The notes under the pieces were generated by a model. It did not search any database, had not been told where the DNA came from, and was given only the letters and a program-made list of their open reading frames with translations. A stretch of 64,000 bases of DNA, taken from a virus. Positions within the stretch are counted from its first letter, which is position 1. Each line of letters opens with the position of its first letter. Both the position numbers and the translations under genes were made by a program. This document shows, one piece after another, positions 39,932 to 50,192 of this stretch. The DNA lies in the IMG/VR virus record IMGVR_UViG_3300032163_000002, positions 1 through 64,000 of that record. One strand, given 5' to 3'.

Positions 39932-40605
39932 TTTTCATCATCCTTCAGCATGCGCCCCGGCTGATCGGTAGGAATCTTCCAACATTCCAGTCGCGTGAAA
40001 TACTTGTTGCCGTAATGATCCGCATGAGGAACATCCTCGTAATGATCCAGCTCCAGTTTACGAAAGTAGGTCCATACGTCACCTTCACGAAATCCATTCG
40101 TCTCGTCCACGGACTGCTGCCAGATGAACCGCGTGCCGCAATGCACACAAATGTTCTTGAAATCTTCGCCCCCAACCGGATAAAGAAAGAGAGCTGCGTC
40201 GATTGCAATCAAGTGGCCTTTCTCGCAGAGGAAATATTCCATGCCTTCGTACGACATGCGCTACCTCTTTTTCGCCTTGAGGTTGAGCCCGGCCATGAGC
40301 CTGCGGTAGCTCCAACCGCAAAGCGAGCACCTGATGTCACTGGTTGCTTTCGAAGCGAACGCTTCGAGAATCGCGTCCGGCTTCACCCGAGCGCCCTTGA
40401 GTGCCCGCCTTGTGAGCGTCGCCTCTGCGCTGTACGGCCTCTGAAGCGACTTGCAGGGGACGACGATGGGAACGGTCAGGATGACTTCAAGCCTGCCCTG
40501 ACAGCCGGGAGTACCCCCAGCTTTTGAAATCCGTTTCGTTCTGGTTCTGTTCGGACACTTTACCGCCATCGCATTCTCTTTCTACCGCTTTCTGCGGCCA
40601 TCCTC

Positions 40606-40634
40606 AATATAGGTTATTTATTACAGAAAGTCAA
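40606..40634 (-). promoter_or_regulatory. Class 1 early sigma70 promoter
   Basis: Identical to 30477 copy. Confidence 0.85.
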
Positions 40635-40994
40635 GGAGAATTTTAACTTGTTTATTTTCAATGAGTTAAACCTGCTCGTCTTCAGGCTCCCCGGTCTCAA
40701 TCACCTTGATTTTCTTTTCGTCTCTCAGCAGCATCTCATATTGATGAATGGACTGCTGACATGACACGATTTTCCTGTGTGCCTGTTTTTTCACTCGCTC
40801 AATAGCTTCTGAAAGAGTGTGCCACCATTCAGCTTTCGGAATAAAAAGGCTTGTACCGAATGAACCTTCTTTCGAAAAATAAACTTCACCACGCTCCGTA
40901 TGCACGAAAGCACCACCTGAAACTTTCAGGATGCCTTTCGTCAGACCCCATTTCGTTATGTAAACTGGTTCTGTTGAGGGCTCTTCAGTTTGCA

Positions 40995-41492
40995 TCAGGA
41001 ACCTCCTTTTTGTTTTGGAGCATCCATCGGAAGAGCGACGAGAAGAATGACACCCTCGATATTTTCGAGATGTGCTCGCTTCCTCGTCGCCTTGAAATCC
41101 GGACCTGCATGGAAAGGAAGAAGCTCGATCTGCCAACCCGCCCACCCTGCCGGAATCGTCCAGTTACCGGGAAAAACAGACTCGAATGGAATCGAATTTT
41201 CGCTGATGATGCGACGGATCTTTTCCTCGTGCCGTTCATTCACGATCAAGTCGATGTCCTTCGCGTTCTTCTTACCTCGCGCGACGGAACCGACGACCAC
41301 GACGTAGGAGGCGATGGCTTCGAGGAAGGCACGGGCTCTAGGAGTGAAACGGCTATGCGAGCGCACCGTCTGCTGCATGCGCTCCCACGTTTCGAGATCA
41401 TGACCGTTCGTGCTCGGACAGGTCGCACGCTCTCGAAGCATGTTTTTCCATCCACGATGATCTGGAAAGGCGGCTCGAATCGTAATCGACAT
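40995..41492 (-). CDS. Nucleotidyltransferase (pol-beta superfamily) domain protein
   Basis: VVGSVARGKKNAKDIDLIV = GS...DxD signature. Confidence 0.7.
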   Translation of the reverse strand: MSITIRAAFPDHRGWKNMLRERATCPSTNGHDLETWERMQQTVRSHSRFTPRARAFLEAIASYVVVVGSVARGKKNAKDIDLIVNERHEEKIRRIISENSIPFESVFPGNWTIPAGWAGWQIELLPFHAGPDFKATRKRAHLENIEGVILLVALPMDAPKQKGGS

Positions 41493-41498
41493 ACAGGT

Positions 41499-41527
41499 AG
41501 GATAGGTTACTTATTACAGAAAGTCAA
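41499..41527 (-). promoter_or_regulatory. Class 1 early sigma70 promoter (leaderless start)
   Basis: TTGACT-N17-TATCCT, ATG 6 nt downstream. Confidence 0.75.
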
Positions 41528-41922
41528 GCCCATTCTTTCAGTATTGCCTGCGCAGCAGCAACAGCGGACAGCTTCGGGGCGAGTTCTTGCGTGGCTGTTT
41601 CTAACGCCCTTCGCAGGGCTGCCTTCGGAGTCTTTCCATCTTCAACCCACCATTGACCGATATAAACAGTATAGGAATTACGACGTACGGAAATCTTCAA
41701 CCCACGACAACGAACCTCGTAATGCCAGCCAAGATCTTCCCATACACGAGGTTTCCACCCTGCTCCAAGTTTCGTCGATAACGAAACCGTTAAGAAGTTG
41801 ACGAGGCTCTGCGCGGCTTCCTTCGTTGCCTGATAATCTTTCCACAAGCACCCATAACCACACGCAGACGAACAGTAAATGTCACCTTTACGATGAGGGG
41901 TCCAGCTTAACCGCTTCTTCAT
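41524..41922 (-). CDS. Hypothetical phage protein
   Basis: YCS.ACG.GC...WKPRVWEDLGWH. Confidence 0.6.
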   Translation of the reverse strand: MKKRLSWTPHRKGDIYCSSACGYGCLWKDYQATKEAAQSLVNFLTVSLSTKLGAGWKPRVWEDLGWHYEVRCRGLKISVRRNSYTVYIGQWWVEDGKTPKAALRRALETATQELAPKLSAVAAAQAILKEWA

Positions 41923-41943
41923 TGACTTTCACTTCTTCACGTT

Positions 41944-42079
41944 AAAAAAAGACTCACGCGACCGGTCCTGCCCCGGCTTCAGTGTGCAGCGAGGTTAGAT
42001 TTATGACCACCGGGACTGCGCACGCTCCCTCTGGTCTCATACTCGGCGCGTCATCTGGCCGTGCTGCGCGTGAGTCCAT
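41944..42079 (-). ncRNA. Structured ~130-nt RNA with tRNA-like acceptor and T-arm
   Basis: Own promoter; 5' GACUCACGCG pairs with 3' CGCGUGAGUC followed by U7; GCCGG-GGCAGGA-CCGGU arm abuts 3' strand. Confidence 0.65.
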
Positions 42080-42085
42080 ACGGGT

Positions 42086-42114
42086 AACTTACACCCGTAA
42101 GATCGAAAAGTCAA
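42086..42114 (-). promoter_or_regulatory. Class 2 sigma70 promoter
   Basis: TTGACT-tttcgatcttacgggtg-TAAGTT. Confidence 0.8.
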
Positions 42115-42123
42115 GCCCCTCAC

Positions 42124-42200
42124 AAAAAAATTTCCCGGCAGACCGGAAATCGTTGAGCCTGCCGGGTAACGCGAACGTGTGCCTTTCGGCCACGTTCACA
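42124..42200 (-). terminator. Double hairpin ending late island
   Basis: GAACGUG-GCC-GAAA-GGC-ACACGUUC then CCCGGCAG...CUGCCGGG-AAA-U7. Confidence 0.6.
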
Positions 42201-42207
42201 GATTTTC

Positions 42208-42303
42208 TTAAAGGAATGATATCAGGAAAAAAAGAAGGGCGATACAGAACCCGGCAGCAAAAATCAACGTAACCCGCATACCGGGCCGCTCGTACCATTC
42301 CAT
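42208..42303 (-). CDS. 31-aa single-TM peptide
   Basis: MEWYERPGMRVTLIFAAGFCIALLFFLISFL; TGATG coupling to upstream gene. Confidence 0.5.
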   Translation of the reverse strand: MEWYERPGMRVTLIFAAGFCIALLFFLISFL

Positions 42304-42767
42304 CAACGCGCTCCATGCATCGGAACACGCCCGCCTTTAGCGCCAAGGGATCTCCCGCAGACAGAGCAAAAACCGTGAGGATAAACGTAAGACCTGTCTA
42401 TTTCACCCTTCCATTCCTGCCCGGAACCGGAGCATTTTCCTTCAGGAACAGGCTTCTGTTCTTTCGGTCCCTTCTTGCAGCACGGATACGCCGTGATATC
42501 GCTCGGTGTCCATGAGCCTTCCTCGTGTCCACCGTCCACCAGATCCTTGATGACCCACCGCTTTGCCTCTTCAGCGGTCATCTCTCCCGGAAGCTCCGCG
42601 AGGTGATTCAGGGACTTCTCGGCTTTTTCCCGCGCGATATCCGAACACCCGGCAGCATGAATCGAAATCATGGTGTCATTACCATGCGTCATTCCACGGT
42701 AACAAGCCACGAGCTTGAAACGCTGGTCTTCCATCAGCCGGGGCAGAAGAATGGAACGAATTTTCAT
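42303..42767 (-). CDS. Tagged protein with Zn-binding modules
   Basis: MKIRSILLPRLME; HAAGC.D...PCC; CSGSG...CSVCG...H. Confidence 0.65.
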   Translation of the reverse strand: MKIRSILLPRLMEDQRFKLVACYRGMTHGNDTMISIHAAGCSDIAREKAEKSLNHLAELPGEMTAEEAKRWVIKDLVDGGHEEGSWTPSDITAYPCCKKGPKEQKPVPEGKCSGSGQEWKGEIDRSYVYPHGFCSVCGRSLGAKGGRVPMHGAR

Positions 42768-42768
42768 T

Positions 42769-43065
42769 TCAACCTATGATGCGAGATGAAACCAATAAGA
42801 GGAGCCATGCTACGCCAACCCCCCCGAAAGTAACCAGTGTATCTTCCCATGAATTCCCACGGACCTCATCAATCTCATATTTTGCGTCGTACCAGAATTC
42901 CTTTAGAAGTTCCAGTGCGATTGCAGCAAGCGTCACCCACAACAGCTTCAGCCCCATACCGTGAGTAAACAAAGCTGCGACGAGAATCACCGCAAGCCCG
43001 CTGAAGAAATGTGCAGACTGTGCAACCGTGTTAAAAGTTTTGTCGTCTATCATCGCGCGGTCCAA
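42769..43065 (-). CDS. Three-TM membrane protein
   Basis: H..SG, KE..D, SWED motif pattern between hydrophobic helices. Confidence 0.65.
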   Translation of the reverse strand: MDRAMIDDKTFNTVAQSAHFFSGLAVILVAALFTHGMGLKLLWVTLAAIALELLKEFWYDAKYEIDEVRGNSWEDTLVTFGGVGVAWLLLLVSSRIIG

Positions 43066-43829
43066 TATTCATCTACGTACTGATTCGCATATGCATACGC
43101 TATTTTGAAAAAACCATTTAATCCCCAATCAGAGCCCCACGAGTTTTTCAGCCACAGCCAACCCCCACCTTTCCAATAACCGGGCTGAAATTTCGGTGTG
43201 TCAGTATACCCAACGAGAGTAACCGCGTGGCCTCCGAGCGACTCTGCTCCAAGAGGCGGAACAGAAACGATGCCTGTCTGCGCTGCCTGATCGGACTCCA
43301 TTTGATCGAAGACTTGCATTCCAATTACTACAGGATATCCTTGCGCCAAACATGCCTTGGCCGCGTTCAGACTCACGACACTCATGTATTTCGAAATCTT
43401 GAAATCAACCGCTTCTGTTACGGCAACCGGAGACGGCGGATTTTCAAAAGTGGAGATATCGTAAGGATCAAGGTCTTCTCGACAAACCCCGAGATGAAGC
43501 ATGCAATCCAACCCGTCCTTCAAACAAGCCCCGGAATCCTCCTTGATGGTGCCTTCTACCGAGCGCTCTTCGTAGTAAAGGAACAACCGAGAAAGGCGCG
43601 TTAGAGGCTTCCCTGCCTTCAGGAGCAAGAATTCACGAAGCCCGGATGCCAGCGCGTTAGCTGTGCAACTTCCTAAGTCTAGCTGGTCTACAACCGGCGA
43701 GCATTGCGCCCGCAGATCCACGGACGATGGAAGGGTATTCTTCTCGCTTGTGTAACGCTTCTCCGTAAACAAAAAATGCCTCGGGTCCGGAGGCGATTTG
43801 ACACAGTTGAAGATATGCTTGATAGACAC
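43050..43829 (-). CDS. Papain-family (C1A) cysteine peptidase
   Basis: LPSSVDLR, DQLDLGSCTANA (Gln/Cys), GGHAV (His), KNSWG (Asn). Confidence 0.92.
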   Translation of the reverse strand: MSIKHIFNCVKSPPDPRHFLFTEKRYTSEKNTLPSSVDLRAQCSPVVDQLDLGSCTANALASGLREFLLLKAGKPLTRLSRLFLYYEERSVEGTIKEDSGACLKDGLDCMLHLGVCREDLDPYDISTFENPPSPVAVTEAVDFKISKYMSVVSLNAAKACLAQGYPVVIGMQVFDQMESDQAAQTGIVSVPPLGAESLGGHAVTLVGYTDTPKFQPGYWKGGGWLWLKNSWGSDWGLNGFFKIAYAYANQYVDEYWTAR

Positions 43830-43832
43830 TTT

Positions 43833-44087
43833 CTACTCCTCTTTTGCAAGATGAACTAACATCTCTTCAAACGCTGGAGCAAGCTCCGGAAAATGTTCCC
43901 GAATCGTCGGAAAACGAAAAGATATACCCTCATAAGGCCCGCCATGCCCGCCCACAGGATTTTTTGAAGCCAGCCATGCAGCCTTCTTTTTCGTAATCCC
44001 ATCTTCCTCGTCTTCAGGCGGGATGATGACAGGTGGATTATCTGTCACCTGAATCAGCGCCTCGGGGAGTCGAGAGCGAACTTTCAT
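43833..44087 (-). CDS. Small protein with MK(V/I)xS-type N-terminus
   Basis: MKVRSRLPEALIQ. Confidence 0.6.
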   Translation of the reverse strand: MKVRSRLPEALIQVTDNPPVIIPPEDEEDGITKKKAAWLASKNPVGGHGGPYEGISFRFPTIREHFPELAPAFEEMLVHLAKEE

Positions 44088-44425
44088 ATCTTTTTCGACT
44101 TTTTACGGTAACTTCTTTTTTTCATAACCTTTTCGTTTGGCAATGAAGAAAAAGTAGGCTTCTTCCATTTCAAATCAGGAATACGCCCAATTTGTCTTAT
44201 GAAATCAAGCTCATCGCCTTTGTCTGTAGGCTGCTCAACAAGTAAGGGCTCAGAAACTGAGGGCTTCGGGGGGCTTTCTAATTTTTTTGGAAGCGATACA
44301 ACTGATGAATTGACATAGGATTCTTCACGCACAGATTGTTCTACCCCAAGATCCTCACGCCGTACAAACCACAAAATACCCCCTACAACGGCAGCAAGTA
44401 CAAATAGAACAATTACAACTATCAT
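44084..44425 (-). CDS. N-terminally anchored membrane protein
   Basis: Hydrophobic first 21 aa; basic tail. Confidence 0.6.
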   Translation of the reverse strand: MIVVIVLFVLAAVVGGILWFVRREDLGVEQSVREESYVNSSVVSLPKKLESPPKPSVSEPLLVEQPTDKGDELDFIRQIGRIPDLKWKKPTFSSLPNEKVMKKRSYRKKSKKI

Positions 44426-44634
44426 AATAATTATCTTGTCCTATTTCTTGAAGCGCTTCTCGTATTCTACACGGGCCTGCTTCTCCGCTAAACTTACGTA
44501 AACCGGTGCGGGTTCAAGCACCGGAAGTTTAGAAACCAGCAGAGGCTCGCTCACAGGTTCAGGAACTGGAGTAACTGGAACTTCATGCTCCGGAGCTTTA
44601 CTAGGATCATGGAAAATAGGCATTGTTTTCTCCT

Positions 44635-44826
44635 TTAGTCTTTCGGGTATTGACAAGTCATATGCCCTTTAATTTCACCGCGCTCCCCACAATCGGGGCA
44701 ACGAAACCTTTCATCATCCTCACCAGAAATTTCATCACCAGTTGTGATTTCAGGAGTCTCATCTTCCGCCGGATTTATCAACCCCGGACGAATGAGAGTT
44801 TCAGCCAGTTTACTTGTAATTTTCAC
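44635..44826 (-). CDS. Small tagged Zn-knuckle protein
   Basis: GTG start: KITSKLAETLI; CPDCGERG...GH..C. Confidence 0.6.
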   Translation of the reverse strand: MKITSKLAETLIRPGLINPAEDETPEITTGDEISGEDDERFRCPDCGERGEIKGHMTCQYPKD

Positions 44827-44876
44827 GGCTTCCACCTCATTTTTACTTTGCGAACCGCAAAGTTATTAGCGCCACA

Positions 44877-45101
44877 TCAACGGCCTTTCGATTCTCCCAC
44901 ATCATAGCGCTCATCAGACGTACTCATACGAGGCTCAGCCTGCTTCTGGTGCCCACAGGGACAACCTTCGAGCTGACAACCCTCGGAAGTGTGGATATTC
45001 AACGGATGTCCACAAGAACGACAACGCCCCGGTTCAAGCGACATTGAATAATCCGTCGGACTTTCGATAAGTTTTTCAGCTAATTCACTCTTGACTTTCA
45101 T
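44877..45101 (-). CDS. Small tagged Zn-binding protein
   Basis: MKVKSELAEKLIE; CRSCGH...H...C...CPC. Confidence 0.65.
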   Translation of the reverse strand: MKVKSELAEKLIESPTDYSMSLEPGRCRSCGHPLNIHTSEGCQLEGCPCGHQKQAEPRMSTSDERYDVGESKGR

Positions 45102-45319
45102 TATAACCCCCTTGCGCGTAACGCAAAATTTGCTCGTTGAGCGATCTTTCCGCCTTTTTCAGCCGCCGCTCGCAAAGCCGATGTTGAAATAGGTTCATCT
45201 TCAGGAATTCCTAAATCACGATGGAGCTGACCCTTTTTCAACTCTGGAGAGATTTTAGACATCCATTTCGGATCATCAACCTCTAATATTCGACGTAAGA
45301 ACTGAGTAGTAACTTTCAC
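45101..45319 (-). CDS. Small tagged basic protein
   Basis: MKVTTQFLRRILE; KKGQLHRDLGIP...QRANFA motif seen in phage virion-region proteins. Confidence 0.65.
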   Translation of the reverse strand: MKVTTQFLRRILEVDDPKWMSKISPELKKGQLHRDLGIPEDEPISTSALRAAAEKGGKIAQRANFALRARGL

Positions 45320-45320
45320 C

Positions 45321-45935
45321 TTACGCCCTCCGTTCTAAACGATAGTCTGGAATTCGCACTCGTTTAGTAAGATGTAAATGTGCTTCCGCATGATGTGTAG
45401 GGCAAAGAATACAGAGATTTTCAGGAGTATTGTGATCTCGAACCCTGTCACAATGATGTACGACAAGAATCTCCGGATACATATCATATCCGCAGACTTC
45501 ACATTTATTCCCACGTTCTTTTCGAATCACCTTTCGTAGCGTACACCATTCACCTTCTCCACGAAGAGCCCGTTTAGTCTCAAATGCCCGGCGACAAAAC
45601 ATAGAGCAAAAACGTCCACGTTGACCCCCAACATGACGTGAGATAGCTAGTACAAACGAGCGCGCGCAATATTCACAGACAAGCGTAGCTGTTTTCTGCA
45701 CAGTACAAAATTTGCCACGACAGCTTCGTGAGCAGAACATTTGAGTTTTACGGTGAGAAGACTTCGATACAAAGGGAATCTTACACCGCGCACAAATATT
45801 TACTATATCCGGCTTTTTTGAAGAAACACGAAAAGAGCTTCCTTTACGAAAATGATGCCCATGAACAAACTGCGAGCCTTTACCGCTTGGCATTTTTCCA
45901 CAACCACAACGGCAAAGGCTACTCATGATTTTCAC
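45321..45935 (-). CDS. HNH endonuclease with Zn fingers
   Basis: CRCGCG; FCS..C repeats; CEVCG...VHH.D...N...NL..LCP.HH. Confidence 0.85.
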   Translation of the reverse strand: MKIMSSLCRCGCGKMPSGKGSQFVHGHHFRKGSSFRVSSKKPDIVNICARCKIPFVSKSSHRKTQMFCSRSCRGKFCTVQKTATLVCEYCARSFVLAISRHVGGQRGRFCSMFCRRAFETKRALRGEGEWCTLRKVIRKERGNKCEVCGYDMYPEILVVHHCDRVRDHNTPENLCILCPTHHAEAHLHLTKRVRIPDYRLERRA

Positions 45936-45940
45936 GACAC

Positions 45941-46153
45941 CTACCTCTCAAAGAGATAGTCTCTCTGAGCTTTATGCATGAGCGCTCGCGTTTTTTCCTC
46001 AACTAATTCCATTTCGTAAATTGCCCGCCCGAATTCACCGAGCGGAGCTTTGAGAAGTGGTGATTTTATGGGCTGTGGTTGAGAAGGAAAAGTCACTTGT
46101 CCAGCGAGAAAATGCTCAACTATTTTCCGCACACGTCTCGTGTCGGTTCGCAA
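45941..46153 (-). CDS. Small protein with tag-like N-terminus
   Basis: RVRKIVEHFL; late motif and AGGAGG upstream. Confidence 0.55.
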   Translation of the reverse strand: MRTDTRRVRKIVEHFLAGQVTFPSQPQPIKSPLLKAPLGEFGRAIYEMELVEEKTRALMHKAQRDYLFER

Positions 46154-46178
46154 AACTCATCCTCCTGAAAGATAGTAG

Positions 46179-49100
46179 CTAAGAACGACAGGGGCAGAGT
46201 GAGCAGCCGCCTCCCAACAAATGATCTTCGAGAAGGTGCGGACAGCTTACACAGCGAAGCTCATCGTCAGGACTTACCAAAATAACAGCAGACTCCTTCG
46301 TTCGCGGTGGTTGTCGGTGTACCCTGCCGTGTTTTCTCGCGTGTTGTTCATCATAAGTAGCCGTAATTGGCGGGGCCTTGCCGAAAATTCTTTCCTGATA
46401 TTCACTTCCGTTACGGGCAAAAGCATGGGCGATTTTATTCTCATGCAACAGCACGGTGCCTCTTTAATTCCGTCACATGGACGATTTCTTTAACACGCGC
46501 TTTCTGCTGATTTCGAAGAATACGCACACAGACGAGATTCTGGTCAATAGGAAAAGAAACCGCAGCAAAGAACTCAAAACATTCCGGAATGACCATAAAC
46601 CGAGATTTCCAGTCAGCTCCATAGACTTCATCGAGAGAACCTTCTACAATTACTGTTGGCTCCGCGACACCATATTTCTTCAAGAAATAAGCCCGGCGTG
46701 TCTTCTCACCACGAAGAACACAAATCTGCCCCGGCTTAAATCGAATAGTCATCAACACTTTCCACTGGAAGCGCTACCTCAATCGCCTGAGCCATAGGAC
46801 GTATTCCGATGTCGTGTAATCTCATCCACGAAATAGTTCCGCATGAAGGGCATGTCTTTCGTCCGGGCACCAAAGCAAAGACGTGATCTTCTGCGCACAA
46901 ACCAGCTTCCTTCAAGTCGATAGTAATAGAAGCTGCAATGATTTCGTCTTTAGTTGGTGAACTCACGAGCTTCAATTTCGCGTGCATCAATCCGATTTCT
47001 TTTTCTCGAACCTTAAAATCATAAGCGGCTACAAAAGCAGGCCGAGTAACGCTACTCATTTTGCCACATACTCTTTATGTAATTCAAGCGTATCCAAATA
47101 GTCCAAATAGATATTATCCGGCCACGTTCGACGAAGCGTATCAATGACAGTGAGAAAAAGCAAATCCTTGAGCTTCTCCCGATCTGAAAGTTCCTCGTAA
47201 GGACACATATTTGGATGTGTTTTATTTGCTAGGTCTTTGATGAATCCGTAAGCCCACCCCTGTGCAGTCTTAAACTTCATCCACTCCTCGTGCATTTCTC
47301 TCGGAGAAGCATCAGGGTGCCTCAACGCATAGCGTATTCCAGAACGAACGCTGTCTCGCATTTTTTCTTCCGTCAAATCCCACACAGCAAGTGAATCGTC
47401 GCCATGTCCTTTATTGTATGTACGAATAACCTCGTGGCATAACCGTGCAGCAGCTTCAATAAATCGACTATTAGTAGCTTCATTATCAGGTGATTTGTCA
47501 TAATCATCAGACACTCGCATCGGTGACATTGTCTACCTCCCGAAAGAAAAATTCAAAAAAGTTTTGTTTGGATCATCCACGATCCAGACTATAAGAATCC
47601 AAAATACGACAAGAGCAACCATGAAAATAAATGTATCCTTGAGACATTTCATACCATTGCCTTCATACTAATCAGCAGAAGCAGGGTTGTTTTCATTTTT
47701 TTGTGGCAGAAATAGAACTATAAGGTCCAATGCCAAGTGCCGCTTCTGCCCGGTCTTTTATAGCCATAACACTACCTGAACGCTCCTTTACAAGAACCGT
47801 TTCTGTATGAATATAACGAAGCGCCTCTTCCAGTTCTTCCACTTTATTGCAAGCTTTTTTATGAAGACGAAACATCTTCATTCCAGCGGAACGCCGTGCT
47901 TTGAGATCCGATGAACAAACAAGATGATCCAAAATCTGCCCCAGCTCACCACCCGTATTTACTGTTGGCGCGTCTTTCCTACTCATATTTTCCTTCCTAA
48001 TTTGAACCTCTTAAACCGCAATCCACACTGCAACGCTCGTCCAGTACGCCAACCGTGATCGTAAAATTGGTGCGCAAAAAGTCACGCGCCCGTGCTCAAC
48101 GACAAACCCCGCACAGAGATAACGTGTTGTGACACGGTAAAGACCGTCTTTTTTCATTACTCCGATCACTTGACGCTCCATTCCTCTCCAGCATTGATAT
48201 AAGCGTTGTGAAATATAACAACCAACATAAGACTAACCCAAAACACAGCTCGACATCGTTCACGCCAAGTCAAATCGCTCCATTCTGTAAACGACGCGGA
48301 TTTCTTAGCTTTCATCGGCCCTCTCCCGGTCCAAATTTCGGCCCATTATAGCTTTCCAAGACGAGGAACTCATGCCAGCCGCAACCACGCACCGGATCAC
48401 ATCCCTTATCGTAGAGGAACGATGCAGTCACGGTGCCATCAGTTGCGACGGAATGAGCGGAGATCCCGATGAGCGCCCCGCAGTTGCAACGTATCAGAGG
48501 CTTGAGAGGCCGTCCGTCTGTGCTGGAAATTGCAATCCACCCAGCACCGGGGCGAAGGTCACGAGGATCATCGAGTTTTGGAATATTCACCGCGCCAGCT
48601 CCTGCAAGGCCATAAGCGCCGCGCGACGAGCAACCAAGCCACTTCTCGCCGTAATCCAGATCCTGACGAAATCGTGCTCGTCAAGCACCTCAACGAGTCG
48701 GTAATAGCCGTTTGCTGGGCTCCATCGCTCGTAAACAGTCCAACCCTTCGGCGCTGTGGCACGGACCATCGAAAGGGTGATAGGAACAGATTTCTTATTT
48801 GTCACAACGTTTTTTCCACACGATACTTTTCCACCAGCATCGCAATTATGATTGCCTGTAACATTCCAGCACGTTCTGCGTTTTTCATCATCAATTTCTC
48901 AGCACTCTGTCGGTCACGCTTTTCCATGTTGAGGAACTCAAGTAATTCAGCGATATGCTGAGCCTGTTTTTCCAACTCTTTATGAACAGCCTGAGAATCT
49001 CTTTTCCAATCAGCTAGAGTGACAAGTTTATTCGGCTTTGACTTCATGCTTCTTTGTCCTTTTCATCAGGCAAATCCCCCGGAAATCCTTCCGTCCCACC

Positions 49101-50192
49101 AAGAGCGCTCTGCACACTTAAGCCGGATTCAGAATACGACTCCACCAACTCAGGGGGCTCTAGATGACGTAGTAGCCGATCAACGGCTAACGCGTCAAAT
49201 GCCGAATAAACCGCCGTCGTGCTTTTCCCTTTTTCGAAGTAAAGATCCATGACGATTCCGTTTTCGACATTTTTGATTATCCCCCAATTTCTATTTTTCA
49301 TTTCTTCTCCCTCACTTTCAACCAGCGTATACGAGCGCGCAAGAATTGACACACCGAACAACGTGGTGCTGTACATTTACCTAAAGCCGCTGTTGAATCC
49401 GCTGGCAACGCCACTATCGCCGCCACAAGCTCCCGCAATTCAGGAATGCAAATGCGGAGGTAACTTTTATTTTCACGCAATACTCGTCTTCTTCACGAAA
49501 GGTTGACCATCAACTACAGCACGGCAAGCGCTACAAAAATCATCACTTATCATAACAGCGCATTGCTCTACTTCCGGAATATTTACAAGCGCCCACGAAC
49601 TTCTAGAACGTGAACCGCAAAGTCCACGCGAATATTCAAAGTCTTTCGCATCACGCACGATATGTATTTTCTGCTTGACATGCCCACTCGCTTTCACAGA
49701 AGCCTTGACAAATACCCGTTTCATTCAATTCTCCGTTCGAGATGAAGGCCACGGGTGCGTAGGCTTCTTGACAAACGAAGACAATGCTTCCTTTTCTTTA
49801 GCTTCAATTTCCCGCTTGGCCTCTTCGACTTTATGGAAAATAGCATCATTAAGTGCTGCCTGTGCATCAATAGAACGTTGATTCTCTCTATACACCCGCG
49901 CATTCGCCTTATAAATACCAAGCATGAACGAGAGCACCATGAGCAAAGGTAGCAGCGCAAAAGGCACCGCAATATACCGCCACGAAATATTCAGTGTACC
50001 CGTGGATTTGAACCCTGCAAAAAAGACAACATACCAAAATATACCCGGAAAAACCAAGTTTTCTATGAAATGAAAAATGCGGTCCATGCCATCATCTTTT
50101 TCCTTTGCCATGTCCTCTCTCCCCTCAAAATCAGTGGGTGCCCTTCGACTCTGTCTCGTTCTGTTCTCGTATTGCCCAAAACCGATTAGCAC
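46179..50192 (-). other. Run of short hypothetical genes
   Basis: Packed minus-strand ORFs (46179, 46441, 46736, 47693, 48312, 48587, 48802, 49044, 49473, 49725). Confidence 0.55.
47056..47529 (-). CDS. RyR-domain protein
   Basis: HEEWMKFK..QGWAYG..KD..NKTHP.M.PYEEL...EK.KD. Confidence 0.85.
   Translation of the reverse strand: MSPMRVSDDYDKSPDNEATNSRFIEAAARLCHEVIRTYNKGHGDDSLAVWDLTEEKMRDSVRSGIRYALRHPDASPREMHEEWMKFKTAQGWAYGFIKDLANKTHPNMCPYEELSDREKLKDLLFLTVIDTLRRTWPDNIYLDYLDTLELHKEYVAK

Noticed and set aside
30477-41527. Repeated ~29-bp sequence as a CRISPR array or att sites
   Set aside because: Copies are 1-6 kb apart and each has -35/N17/-10 geometry before a gene; no cas or integrase gene
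41944-42079. Canonical tRNA gene
   Set aside because: No TTC T-loop, anticodon arm or CCA, and too long; kept only as a tRNA-like ncRNA
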